From the NCBI GenBank assembly GCA_039630415.1, contig JBCNVB010000013.1, forward strand, positions 64,001 to 128,000: a stretch of 64,000 nucleotides of DNA. Reading direction: 5' to 3'. This DNA comes from a bacterium (GTDB taxonomy: Bacteria > DRYD01). This document shows positions 52,770-60,874 of this stretch, piece after piece. The notes under the pieces are model-generated. The model was not told the origin of the DNA. It was given only the letters and a program-made list of their open reading frames with translations, and ran no database searches. Position 1 is the stretch's first letter; every line of letters starts with the position of its first letter. A program made the translations under genes and the position numbers.

Positions 52770-54977
52770 ATGAGTATTTATTCGATGCAAGAGAATATAG
52801 GATTTAGGATTTTTTGTATGGGGATAGCGCAATTGCTTAATTCACAGTCTGCAGGAATCGGAGACTATGTTCCAGTTAATTTTAATTATAGAAATCATAT
52901 GGTTGAAGTCCAGGAAGCGATGATGAAAGAATATATAAGAGCATTAGGTTTGAGTGAATCTGATGCTAGGAAGGAAGTAAACTTTTTTATGGAATTTGAT
53001 CTTCGTGGCAGAATGCCAGAAAAGTCGTATTACGTTAGAGGTAAAAACGTTGATGTAATAGCTGCGAATCCGGAAGAAGCTGTTATACTTGCTAAAGAAT
53101 CTGATGAATTTATGAATAGATTTGCTCCCTATTTGTCCAAACCATTTAATTCCAAACATTATGTTATAGCGTTGAATCGTGATAGTGATTCAGCACGATT
53201 GAACGCTTCGTATAAACCTGGTTCAAATGTGGTTGTTGGACAAGTTTATAATGAAAAGGGAAATTCTACATTGGAAAAAGATGCTTTGTATCACGAGTTG
53301 GGTCATTCATTGTTGGATAATATAGCTCCTCGTGCGGGATCTTGCTTTCACGAAGCTTTTGCTGATATAATGACGTTTTTAAATCAAGCTTCAAAACCAG
53401 ATCAAATAAAGGATATAAAAGACTTCAGAAAAAGTAACAGAATATCTCAAATAGCTGAAAATACAGCTGTTGCAAAAGATAGAGAAATAAATTACTTACG
53501 TGATTTAGCAGAACAACATAGATATAATTTGCTTGATGAATATGAGGCTGGATCAGCGGTAGCAGGTGCTTTTTATAAAACGTGGGCAAATTACGTAGAG
53601 AGTCTAAAAGCAAGAGGTATACCTCAAGAGGAAGCAGTTAAAATGGCTAATGATAAATTTTCTAGGGTAGCAATAAAGGCTGCCGAAGACTTAGCTAATC
53701 ATGAAAAACCCCTAGCTATACACTATGCGGAGTCTATACTAAAAAATCTCGATTCAGATCCTGAGATTAAAAAATTATACTACAAGGAGCTAGAAAAAAT
53801 CGAGTATCAGGAAGCTTTGAAGTACTACGAAAAATCCAAAAATGGATGGGATAAAGAAACTCTATATACAATTTATGAAGAATCAAAAGTATCTAACACT
53901 TTTTGCAATACAATATCGAAAGTAATTAATTCCCAATCCAAAGTCAAGGATTATGTTCCGATTAGTTTTAATTATAAGGATTATATGTTTGAGATTCAAA
54001 AAGCTTTGGAAAAAGAATATATGAGAGCATTGGATGCATTAGACTTAGAGGGGAAATTTAATCCCAAAGATCTTACAGATACTTACATGAAAAGTATCAA
54101 AGTTTTAATGCCGGAAAAATCATATTATGTTAGGGGTAAGAAAGTTGAGGTAATAGCAGCAAATCCTGAAGAGGCAGTCAAACTTGCAAAAGAGTCGGAT
54201 GAATTTATGAACAGGTTTACTCGCCATATATCTAAACCTTTCAATTCCAAACATTATATTATGACAATCAAAGGAGAGAAAGATTTAAATGCTTCGTATT
54301 TGACGGGTGAGAATGTGGTAAAGGGGCAGGTGTATAACAAAAATGGTAATTCTACGCTTGAGGGGGATGTTTTGTATCATGAGCTAGGTCATTTATTGTT
54401 GGATAATATAGTTCCTCAGGCTGACATGAGCTTTGGTGAAGCTTTTGCAGACATAATGGCATTTTTGAATCAAGCCTCAAAACCTGACCAGATAAGGGAT
54501 ATAAAAGACTTTAGAAAAAGCAATAGAATATCTCAAATAGCTGAAAATAGTGTTATTGCAAAGCAGGGAAAAGAAAGTTATCTGCGTGATTTAGCCGGCG
54601 AACATAGATATAGTATGTATAATAATGTTTACGAAAGTGGTGCTGCTGTAGCTAGTAGTTTTTACAAAGCATGGGCAAATTACGTAGAGAATTTGAAATC
54701 AAAAGGTATACCCCAAGAAAAGGCAGTAAAGATAGCTAATGAGAAGTTTTCCAGGGTAGCTATAAAGGCTGCTGAAGACTTAGCTAATCATAAACAACCC
54801 TCAGCTTTAGATTATGCAGAGTCTATACTAAAAAATCTTGATTCAGATCCTGAGATTAAAAAATTGTATTACAGTGAGCTAGAGAAAATTGGATACCAAG
54901 AAGTTTTAAAGGATCTAGAGTATATCAAGGAACAGGCAAGAAAATATGAATCACAACATTATTCTGATAGATGGTAA
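52770..54977 (+). CDS. Tandem two-domain M4/M36-like metallopeptidase (A'-B' fusion)
   Basis: Two HELGH motifs (53292-53306 and 54378-54392), each followed by EAFAD. Confidence 0.8.
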   Translation: MSIYSMQENIGFRIFCMGIAQLLNSQSAGIGDYVPVNFNYRNHMVEVQEAMMKEYIRALGLSESDARKEVNFFMEFDLRGRMPEKSYYVRGKNVDVIAANPEEAVILAKESDEFMNRFAPYLSKPFNSKHYVIALNRDSDSARLNASYKPGSNVVVGQVYNEKGNSTLEKDALYHELGHSLLDNIAPRAGSCFHEAFADIMTFLNQASKPDQIKDIKDFRKSNRISQIAENTAVAKDREINYLRDLAEQHRYNLLDEYEAGSAVAGAFYKTWANYVESLKARGIPQEEAVKMANDKFSRVAIKAAEDLANHEKPLAIHYAESILKNLDSDPEIKKLYYKELEKIEYQEALKYYEKSKNGWDKETLYTIYEESKVSNTFCNTISKVINSQSKVKDYVPISFNYKDYMFEIQKALEKEYMRALDALDLEGKFNPKDLTDTYMKSIKVLMPEKSYYVRGKKVEVIAANPEEAVKLAKESDEFMNRFTRHISKPFNSKHYIMTIKGEKDLNASYLTGENVVKGQVYNKNGNSTLEGDVLYHELGHLLLDNIVPQADMSFGEAFADIMAFLNQASKPDQIRDIKDFRKSNRISQIAENSVIAKQGKESYLRDLAGEHRYSMYNNVYESGAAVASSFYKAWANYVENLKSKGIPQEKAVKIANEKFSRVAIKAAEDLANHKQPSALDYAESILKNLDSDPEIKKLYYSELEKIGYQEVLKDLEYIKEQARKYESQHYSDRW

Positions 54978-54980
54978 GAA

Positions 54981-55008
54981 TTTACATTTTTTTTACAATT
55001 AGTAAACC
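54981..55008 (+). promoter_or_regulatory. Direct-repeat box TTTACA-TTTTT-TTTACA-(TAAACC)
   Basis: Hexamers at 54981, 54992 and 55003; about 58 nt from the second hexamer to ATG 55055. Confidence 0.65.
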
Positions 55009-55054
55009 AAAAAATATTTTTTATCAAACATAGAGCAATTAGGAGGTGGAAAAA

Positions 55055-55627
55055 ATGCCAGGAATAGAAGCAGGAAAAATAAACATAAATGCAAAGAATG
55101 TAGTAATTAGAAATAATGATGTCGGAATAAAGGGGAAAAACGTTAAAATTCAGGGAGAAAATTTAGAATTGATATACAATGATAAAGGTATAGATACTGT
55201 TAATTTGTCAGCTACTACTGATAATCTAAAGATTAGTTCTAACAAGCTTGGTATTCAGGTAACGAATGGTTCACTAAAAACCAAATCCGAAACCTTAATA
55301 TCTAATAATCATAAAGGAATAAAGGCTCATAATTTGGGTCTCAAGAGTAAGGGTGATTTAGTGATAGTGGGTAATGGAGTAGGAGCTTCTGCTGAAGGTA
55401 CTGTATCTTTACAAGGATCAAATGTAGAAATAAAATCAAATCAGGTAGGCGTATCGGGTAAGAATGTTTTTGTTAAGGGTGATAAGGTATCAATTGGTGA
55501 CAATACTGTTGGGTTTGATGTAGATTCAATGAATGCTAATGTTCAAGATTTTCAACTGTATGACAATGTTATAGCTATAAAGCAAAGTACTAAGGGGAAA
55601 AAGAAACAAGACAAACAATATAACTAG
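55055..55627 (+). CDS. Parallel beta-helix (beta-solenoid) protein
   Basis: About eight 21-22 aa coils beginning N-x-x-G-[IVAF]; AGGAGG RBS before ATG 55055; no signal peptide. Confidence 0.75.
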   Translation: MPGIEAGKININAKNVVIRNNDVGIKGKNVKIQGENLELIYNDKGIDTVNLSATTDNLKISSNKLGIQVTNGSLKTKSETLISNNHKGIKAHNLGLKSKGDLVIVGNGVGASAEGTVSLQGSNVEIKSNQVGVSGKNVFVKGDKVSIGDNTVGFDVDSMNANVQDFQLYDNVIAIKQSTKGKKKQDKQYN

Positions 55628-55639
55628 GGGGATTAGAAA

Positions 55640-56014
55640 ATGGAAATAAGACAAACAAACCATTTAATAACTCCCAGAGTTGAATCTAATAGAGTTGAAC
55701 CCAAAAATAGCCAAAAACAACCTACCCCTCATCAAACAGGTATAAAGGGAGAAAATGTAAATATACAAGCGGATAATGTATACATTGTAAATAACACGTA
55801 TAACTACCCTGACATGATAAGTTCGGCTACCTATCCTACCATAAATACGAATCCTATTTTGAATATTGGTAACCTATATAGGACGATGTGCTTACCGTAT
55901 TTTAATCCTTATAGTATGTACCTGTATCCATACTTTGCCTACATGCCTGGTCTTATATGGGGTAGTATGTTTAGTAGCTTATTCAGCAACGTTTGGAATA
56001 TGTATTGGTGGTAA
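55640..56014 (+). CDS. Orphan 124-aa protein with one beta-helix coil and an aromatic/Pro/Met-rich tail
   Basis: GIKGENVNIQADNVYIVNN matches the coils of the upstream gene; TAATG coupling to gmhB. Confidence 0.7.
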   Translation: MEIRQTNHLITPRVESNRVEPKNSQKQPTPHQTGIKGENVNIQADNVYIVNNTYNYPDMISSATYPTINTNPILNIGNLYRTMCLPYFNPYSMYLYPYFAYMPGLIWGSMFSSLFSNVWNMYWW

Positions 56015-56523
56015 TGAAAAGAGCAATATTCCTAGATAGGGATGGAGTAATAAATAAATACCTACAAAACAATTATGTTAGGAATTGGAGAGATTTTAGT
56101 ATAATACCGGATTTCGAGAATTTTTGGCAAAGACATAGAGAAAAGTACAGTTTTATAGTAATAACTAACCAGTCAGGGATAAATAGAAAGCTGGTTGATT
56201 ATCCGTTTTTTATAGAGCTTTGTAAGTATCTAATGGAAAGGTATGGTATAGAAGCTATTTACTTTTGTCCACATACACCTGATGAAAAATGTAAGTGTAG
56301 AAAACCTCAAAATTTACTTCTAAAAAAGGCCATAGAAAGATTTAAAGTTGATGTAGAGAATAGTTATTTTATAGGGGATGGTGAAGAAGATTTCTTATGC
56401 GCTTCTTCATTGAATATAAAATTTATTCTGGTTTTAACGGGGAAAACTAGACTGCAGGAATTAGAAACATGGGTCCAAAAACCATATATGATAGTTCCAA
56501 ATCTATCTATCTTGGATCTATAA
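56014..56523 (+). CDS. gmhB: D-glycero-D-manno-heptose 1,7-bisphosphate phosphatase (HAD-IIIA)
   Basis: AIFLDRDGVIN, ITNQSGI, CPHTPDEKCKCRKP, FIGD, VLTGK. Confidence 0.88.
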   Translation: MKRAIFLDRDGVINKYLQNNYVRNWRDFSIIPDFENFWQRHREKYSFIVITNQSGINRKLVDYPFFIELCKYLMERYGIEAIYFCPHTPDEKCKCRKPQNLLLKKAIERFKVDVENSYFIGDGEEDFLCASSLNIKFILVLTGKTRLQELETWVQKPYMIVPNLSILDL

Positions 56524-57971
56524 GTTTATCTGATATCTTTAGTATTATAGAGAGATACTTTGAAAAAACAGAGATTCAAATTCCACAAATACTGGTAGAT
56601 AAGTTTGTGATACGAAAACTTCTTAAGAGTAGGAAGACTGTTGATAAGGTAAACAAACCTGTTTATGGAGTAAATACGGGTTTTGGTAAGTTGTGTAATA
56701 TAGTTATACCTCAGCAGCAGATAGAGGATCTTCAATTCAACTTGATATATTCTCACGCAGCTGGATATGGTAAGCCCTATAGCCCCCTAATTACATTTCT
56801 GACTATTTTGATAAGATTAAACCAGCTATGTCAGGGGTATAGTGGAGTTAGTGTAGAAATGATTGAAAAGCTGATTGATTACATAAAAGTAGAGTTACCG
56901 ACTATACCTTACTATACATCTGTTGGTGCTAGTGGAGATTTAATACCTTTATCTCATATATTTATTAAGTTTATGAATTACTATAAACCTAAATCTAAGG
57001 AATCTATCGCTTTTATCAATGGTACTTCCTTTTCTTTATCCAACTTTATAGTAGCAATTTTTTTGCTAAAAAAACTAATAGAACTATCCAATTTAACTCT
57101 TGTTCTTAGTTGTTTAGCTAATGATGTTAACTTTTCACATTACTCTACTAAATTAAAGAAAACAAAGAAAAATATTTATTTTCAAAAGGTTATACAAGAC
57201 ATTAATTCGCAGATACAAAGAATAGTGTTTTCAAATGAAGATATTAAAACTCATGGTGTGATGGGTATACAAGCACCTTATTGTTATAGATGTTATCCTC
57301 AAGTAGTGGAGAGTTTATACTTAATGTTGGATGTGAGTACGGATTTAGCTAATAACGAGCTTAGTAGCAATACTGATAATCCTTTGGTAATAGGTAATGA
57401 TTTTATATCTTCTGGGAATTTTCATGGTAATAATTTATCTGTTTTTTCGGATCATCTTAAGTTGCATGTTTTTCAGCTTGCAAACTTATCTTTTCATAGG
57501 ATGAATTATTTACTTAGCCCGAATTTCTTAATTTTAAATGAGGGTTTAAATAGTGGCTTTATGATTAGTCAGTATTTATGCTCTCATTTACTTAGTGAGT
57601 TAAAGAATTCGTGTTATCCACTAAGTATGGAAAATTTTCCAGTAAGTTTAAACCAAGAAGATTTTGTAAGTTATAGCGAAAATAACACAAGGAAGCTAAT
57701 AATTTCCAGTTATTTTTGTAGTATGATACTTACGACTGAATTAATGATGGCTTTACAGAAAATCAAACTCCTTAATAAAAAAATAGATTATAAGTCTATC
57801 AACGTTGATATTAGCAAATTGTTTGATAATCAGATTTGGGAAGCTATAAATAGTTTACCTATACTTGAGGATAGAGACTTTAAGAAGTTCGGTTCGATTC
57901 ATAGTTTTCAGAATATTTTTATACGTAGTAGTAAAATAGTTAGATTTATTGAGGATGGTTGTTTTGTATAA
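56469..57971 (+). CDS. hutH: Histidine ammonia-lyase family protein (MIO-dependent)
   Basis: VYGVNTGFG, NLIYSHAAG, SVGASGDL (ASG), INGT, DNPLV, GNFHG, NQEDFVS; start uncertain. Confidence 0.82.
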   Translation: MGPKTIYDSSKSIYLGSISLSDIFSIIERYFEKTEIQIPQILVDKFVIRKLLKSRKTVDKVNKPVYGVNTGFGKLCNIVIPQQQIEDLQFNLIYSHAAGYGKPYSPLITFLTILIRLNQLCQGYSGVSVEMIEKLIDYIKVELPTIPYYTSVGASGDLIPLSHIFIKFMNYYKPKSKESIAFINGTSFSLSNFIVAIFLLKKLIELSNLTLVLSCLANDVNFSHYSTKLKKTKKNIYFQKVIQDINSQIQRIVFSNEDIKTHGVMGIQAPYCYRCYPQVVESLYLMLDVSTDLANNELSSNTDNPLVIGNDFISSGNFHGNNLSVFSDHLKLHVFQLANLSFHRMNYLLSPNFLILNEGLNSGFMISQYLCSHLLSELKNSCYPLSMENFPVSLNQEDFVSYSENNTRKLIISSYFCSMILTTELMMALQKIKLLNKKIDYKSINVDISKLFDNQIWEAINSLPILEDRDFKKFGSIHSFQNIFIRSSKIVRFIEDGCFV

Positions 57972-58045
57972 AGGGATATTGAAATCTGTGGAGAATAGTA
58001 TAATGATATTTTTGGATTTGATTTTGTAGAAAGGGGAAAAACTAA

Positions 58046-59050
58046 ATGCCAGAATTAAGAAAAGATCCAGTTCTAAAAAGATGGGTAATAATAGCGACAG
58101 AAAGAGCTTCAAGACCAAATGATTTTAAGCAAAAGGTAAAGGATGAACCTGGAGACCCATCAAAATGTCCCTTCTGTCCAGGAAATGAATATATGACTCC
58201 TCCCGAAGTATTGGCTTACAGAAAACCCGGAAGTTTAACCAATGGACCCGGTTGGTGGATAAGAGTCGTGAATAACAAATTCCCAGCTCTCAAACCGGAA
58301 GGAGAGTTGGACAAAAAGGGAATTGGTATATACGATTTCATGAATGGAATAGGATACCATGAAGTACTCATAGAGGGGGAAGATCATTTCTCAACCCCTG
58401 TAACAAATTCAAAGGAAATGTATATGGAAATAATATGGGCTTATAGAGACAGAATTATAGAGTTATCCAAGGATTCAAGAATCAAATATGTGATAATTTT
58501 TAAGAATCATGGTAAAGATGCAGGAGCTTCGCTTTATCATCCCCACTCGCAAATAATATCAACCCCAATTATTCCTTCTGTGATTAAAAATGAAATAGAT
58601 AACGCAAAAGAATACTATGATTTACGTGATAGATGTATGTTTTGTGATATAATAACGCAAGAGAGAGGACATCAGGATAGAATAGTTTTTGAAAACAATT
58701 CTTTTATAGCCTTTTGTCCATTTGCTTCAGCTTTTCCTTTTGAAACCTGGATTATTCCTAAACGGCACTATCATAGATTTGAGGATATAGATAAAAACCA
58801 TGTTGTAGATTTGGCAGAAACTATGAAAGTTGTTCTTTCTAAGCTATATCTGCTTTTGGATAATCCTCCTTATAATATGATGCTTCATACAGCACCTCCA
58901 AATTCAAATAGTAAAGACTATTTTCATTGGCATATAGAGATAATTCCAAGGTTAACTAAGGTAGCTGGGTTTGAATGGGGAACAGGTACATATATAAATC
59001 CAATGTTACCGGAAACAGCAGCAGCAGAACTACGAAAACAACAAATATAA
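58046..59050 (+). CDS. galT: Galactose-1-phosphate uridylyltransferase
   Basis: ELRKDP..WVIIATERASRP, CPFCPGNE, NKFPAL, GASLYHPHSQI, AGFEWGTG. Confidence 0.93.
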   Translation: MPELRKDPVLKRWVIIATERASRPNDFKQKVKDEPGDPSKCPFCPGNEYMTPPEVLAYRKPGSLTNGPGWWIRVVNNKFPALKPEGELDKKGIGIYDFMNGIGYHEVLIEGEDHFSTPVTNSKEMYMEIIWAYRDRIIELSKDSRIKYVIIFKNHGKDAGASLYHPHSQIISTPIIPSVIKNEIDNAKEYYDLRDRCMFCDIITQERGHQDRIVFENNSFIAFCPFASAFPFETWIIPKRHYHRFEDIDKNHVVDLAETMKVVLSKLYLLLDNPPYNMMLHTAPPNSNSKDYFHWHIEIIPRLTKVAGFEWGTGTYINPMLPETAAAELRKQQI

Positions 59051-59748
59051 TGAAATACCTACTAATAGCTCTAATAATAGTTGGTGTATCTATTGCAGGA
59101 TACTATGCAGGACAGTACTTCTACAAAGAAAAAATAGGTAAAATTCCGGAAAATAATAAACCTCTTATATCTCCGCTAATAGAGGAAAAAAGACAAACAA
59201 ATATAAATGATCTAAATAAACCCTCTGTAATTGTACCAGACTTTAACCAACCAGAAACAGACAAAAAAATAGCTAAAACTAATACAGCAACTACAACCGT
59301 TACAACTACTACCGTTACAAATACTACTGTTACAACTACTACTGCTAACTTGGCCCAAACTACAATAACAGATCAACAAAATGATCAGACAACCGGTCAA
59401 AAAACAACAAACCAAATAACTACAAATCAAACAACTACAGATCAAACTACAACAGGTCGAGTAACAGAGTCTAAACCATCAGAGAGTGAAATAACGGAGG
59501 ATAAGACAGCGGATCAACAGGGAAATTACTACATCCAGGTAGGATCTTTCTCTTCTCTAGAAAATGCCCAAAATATGAAGAAAAATCTTGAATCATTGGG
59601 AATAAAATGTATAATTGAACAAATAATAAAATCCGATCAAACGGTGTACAGAGTAATAATAGGACCTTATCAAACTGAAGAAGAAGCGAATCAAGAAAGT
59701 CAAAAGTTAAAGAAACTAGGGTTTGATAATGTTGTTAAAAGTTATTAA
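59050..59748 (+). CDS. SPOR-domain protein (FtsN-like) with a TM anchor and Thr-rich linker
   Basis: YYIQVGSFSSLENA...YRVIIGPY; ATG overlaps the galT stop. Confidence 0.88.
   Translation: MKYLLIALIIVGVSIAGYYAGQYFYKEKIGKIPENNKPLISPLIEEKRQTNINDLNKPSVIVPDFNQPETDKKIAKTNTATTTVTTTTVTNTTVTTTTANLAQTTITDQQNDQTTGQKTTNQITTNQTTTDQTTTGRVTESKPSESEITEDKTADQQGNYYIQVGSFSSLENAQNMKKNLESLGIKCIIEQIIKSDQTVYRVIIGPYQTEEEANQESQKLKKLGFDNVVKSY
59280..59460 (+). repeat. Imperfect 15-bp coding repeats (TTTVT and xQxTT pentapeptides)
   Basis: TTTVTTTTVTNTTVTTTT and DQTTGQKTTNQITTNQTTTDQTTT. Confidence 0.7.
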
Positions 59749-59773
59749 TAAAATTGCATAAAGGAGGGCAGCT

Positions 59774-60094
59774 ATGATATTGTATATAGAAGCAAAAGTA
59801 TTGGAAGATAGACCAGGAATACTGGCAAAAATAACCTCAATCTTAGCTCAGATGAATGCTAACATAGCTGCATTCACAACTGGTATAGAGGGAATTATAC
59901 CTTCTGAAGTTAAACCCAAAACCATAAGAATGTTAGTTAGTGTAGAAGACAAAGAGAATATAGTACAAACTCTTTCGGAACAATTGAAAACAGTAAAAGA
60001 AATAGCAATAACAAACATAAGAAAGCCAACTTCAATAGATGTAGTTAACCTTAAGTACGGTTTAGAAAGTGTGATAGCATCGGAAGAAGTATAG
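59774..60094 (+). CDS. ACT domain protein
   Basis: EDRPGILAKITSILAQMNANI; AAGGAGG RBS. Confidence 0.85.
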   Translation: MILYIEAKVLEDRPGILAKITSILAQMNANIAAFTTGIEGIIPSEVKPKTIRMLVSVEDKENIVQTLSEQLKTVKEIAITNIRKPTSIDVVNLKYGLESVIASEEV

Positions 60095-60098
60095 ATAT

Positions 60099-60872
60099 AT
60101 GAAAATACTGTTTGTAGGAGATATAGTATCCCAAGCGGGAAGAGATGTTTGCAAACATTACATACCAATCATAAGAAAAAACTATCAAATAGACTTTGTC
60201 ATAGCAAATGCTGAGAACAGTGCTGGGGGATTTGGTATAAGTAAGAAAACCTATCAGGAAATAATTGAAACTCAAGTGGATTTAATAACTACGGGAAACC
60301 ACGTTTGGGATAACAAGGAAATACTGGAATTAATACAAAACAAAGCAAATATACTGATACCCTATAATTTGCTTCCCTGGAGCCCCGGTAATAAAATATA
60401 CTTCAACCAGGAATTAAATTTGGCAGTTATAAATCTCCTAGGGAAAACGTTTTTAGATACCCCCATAGGACCACTAGTAGCTATAAAGGAGTTATTGGAA
60501 CAAAAATTCTTCGATAAATACCAAACAATCATTGTTGACTTGCATGCGGAAGCAACAGCGGAAAAATATCTAATAGGTTATCTTCTTAATGGCAAAGTAT
60601 CTGCGGTTATAGGTACACATACACATATTCAAACTAATGATGCAAGAATATTATCTGAAGGAACCTTTTTCATATGTGATGTTGGAATGTGTGGATCCTA
60701 TGAATCCGTTATAGGTTTCAACGTTGAGAAAATTTTAGAGAAGTTTGAAACAGGGGTTTACAGCAGAATAGAACCGGAAAAGAAGAAGCCTTACATTTTC
60801 AATGCTGTAATGCTTGACATAGAAAACGGTAAAACAAAGAATTTTAAGGTGTTCTACGAAAAACTGGAGTAA
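60099..60872 (+). CDS. ymdB: YmdB family metallophosphoesterase
   Basis: LFVGDIV, NAENSAGG, TTGNHVWD, DLHAEATAEK, GTHTHIQT, DVGMCG. Confidence 0.92.
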   Translation: MKILFVGDIVSQAGRDVCKHYIPIIRKNYQIDFVIANAENSAGGFGISKKTYQEIIETQVDLITTGNHVWDNKEILELIQNKANILIPYNLLPWSPGNKIYFNQELNLAVINLLGKTFLDTPIGPLVAIKELLEQKFFDKYQTIIVDLHAEATAEKYLIGYLLNGKVSAVIGTHTHIQTNDARILSEGTFFICDVGMCGSYESVIGFNVEKILEKFETGVYSRIEPEKKKPYIFNAVMLDIENGKTKNFKVFYEKLE

Positions 60873-60874
60873 CA

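Larger units (their letters stand above)
50372..54977 (+). repeat. Tandem duplication of about 2.3 kb containing four homologous peptidase units of about 1.1 kb
   Basis: Boxes 2311 bp apart; A-unit HELGH motifs 2314 bp apart; near-identical DNA blocks encoding FLNQASKPDQxKDIKDFRKSNRISQIAEN. Confidence 0.9.

Noticed and set aside
50456-54977. Diversity-generating retroelement explaining the peptidase variation
   Set aside because: No reverse transcriptase, no template repeat, and the differences are not confined to adenines and include indels
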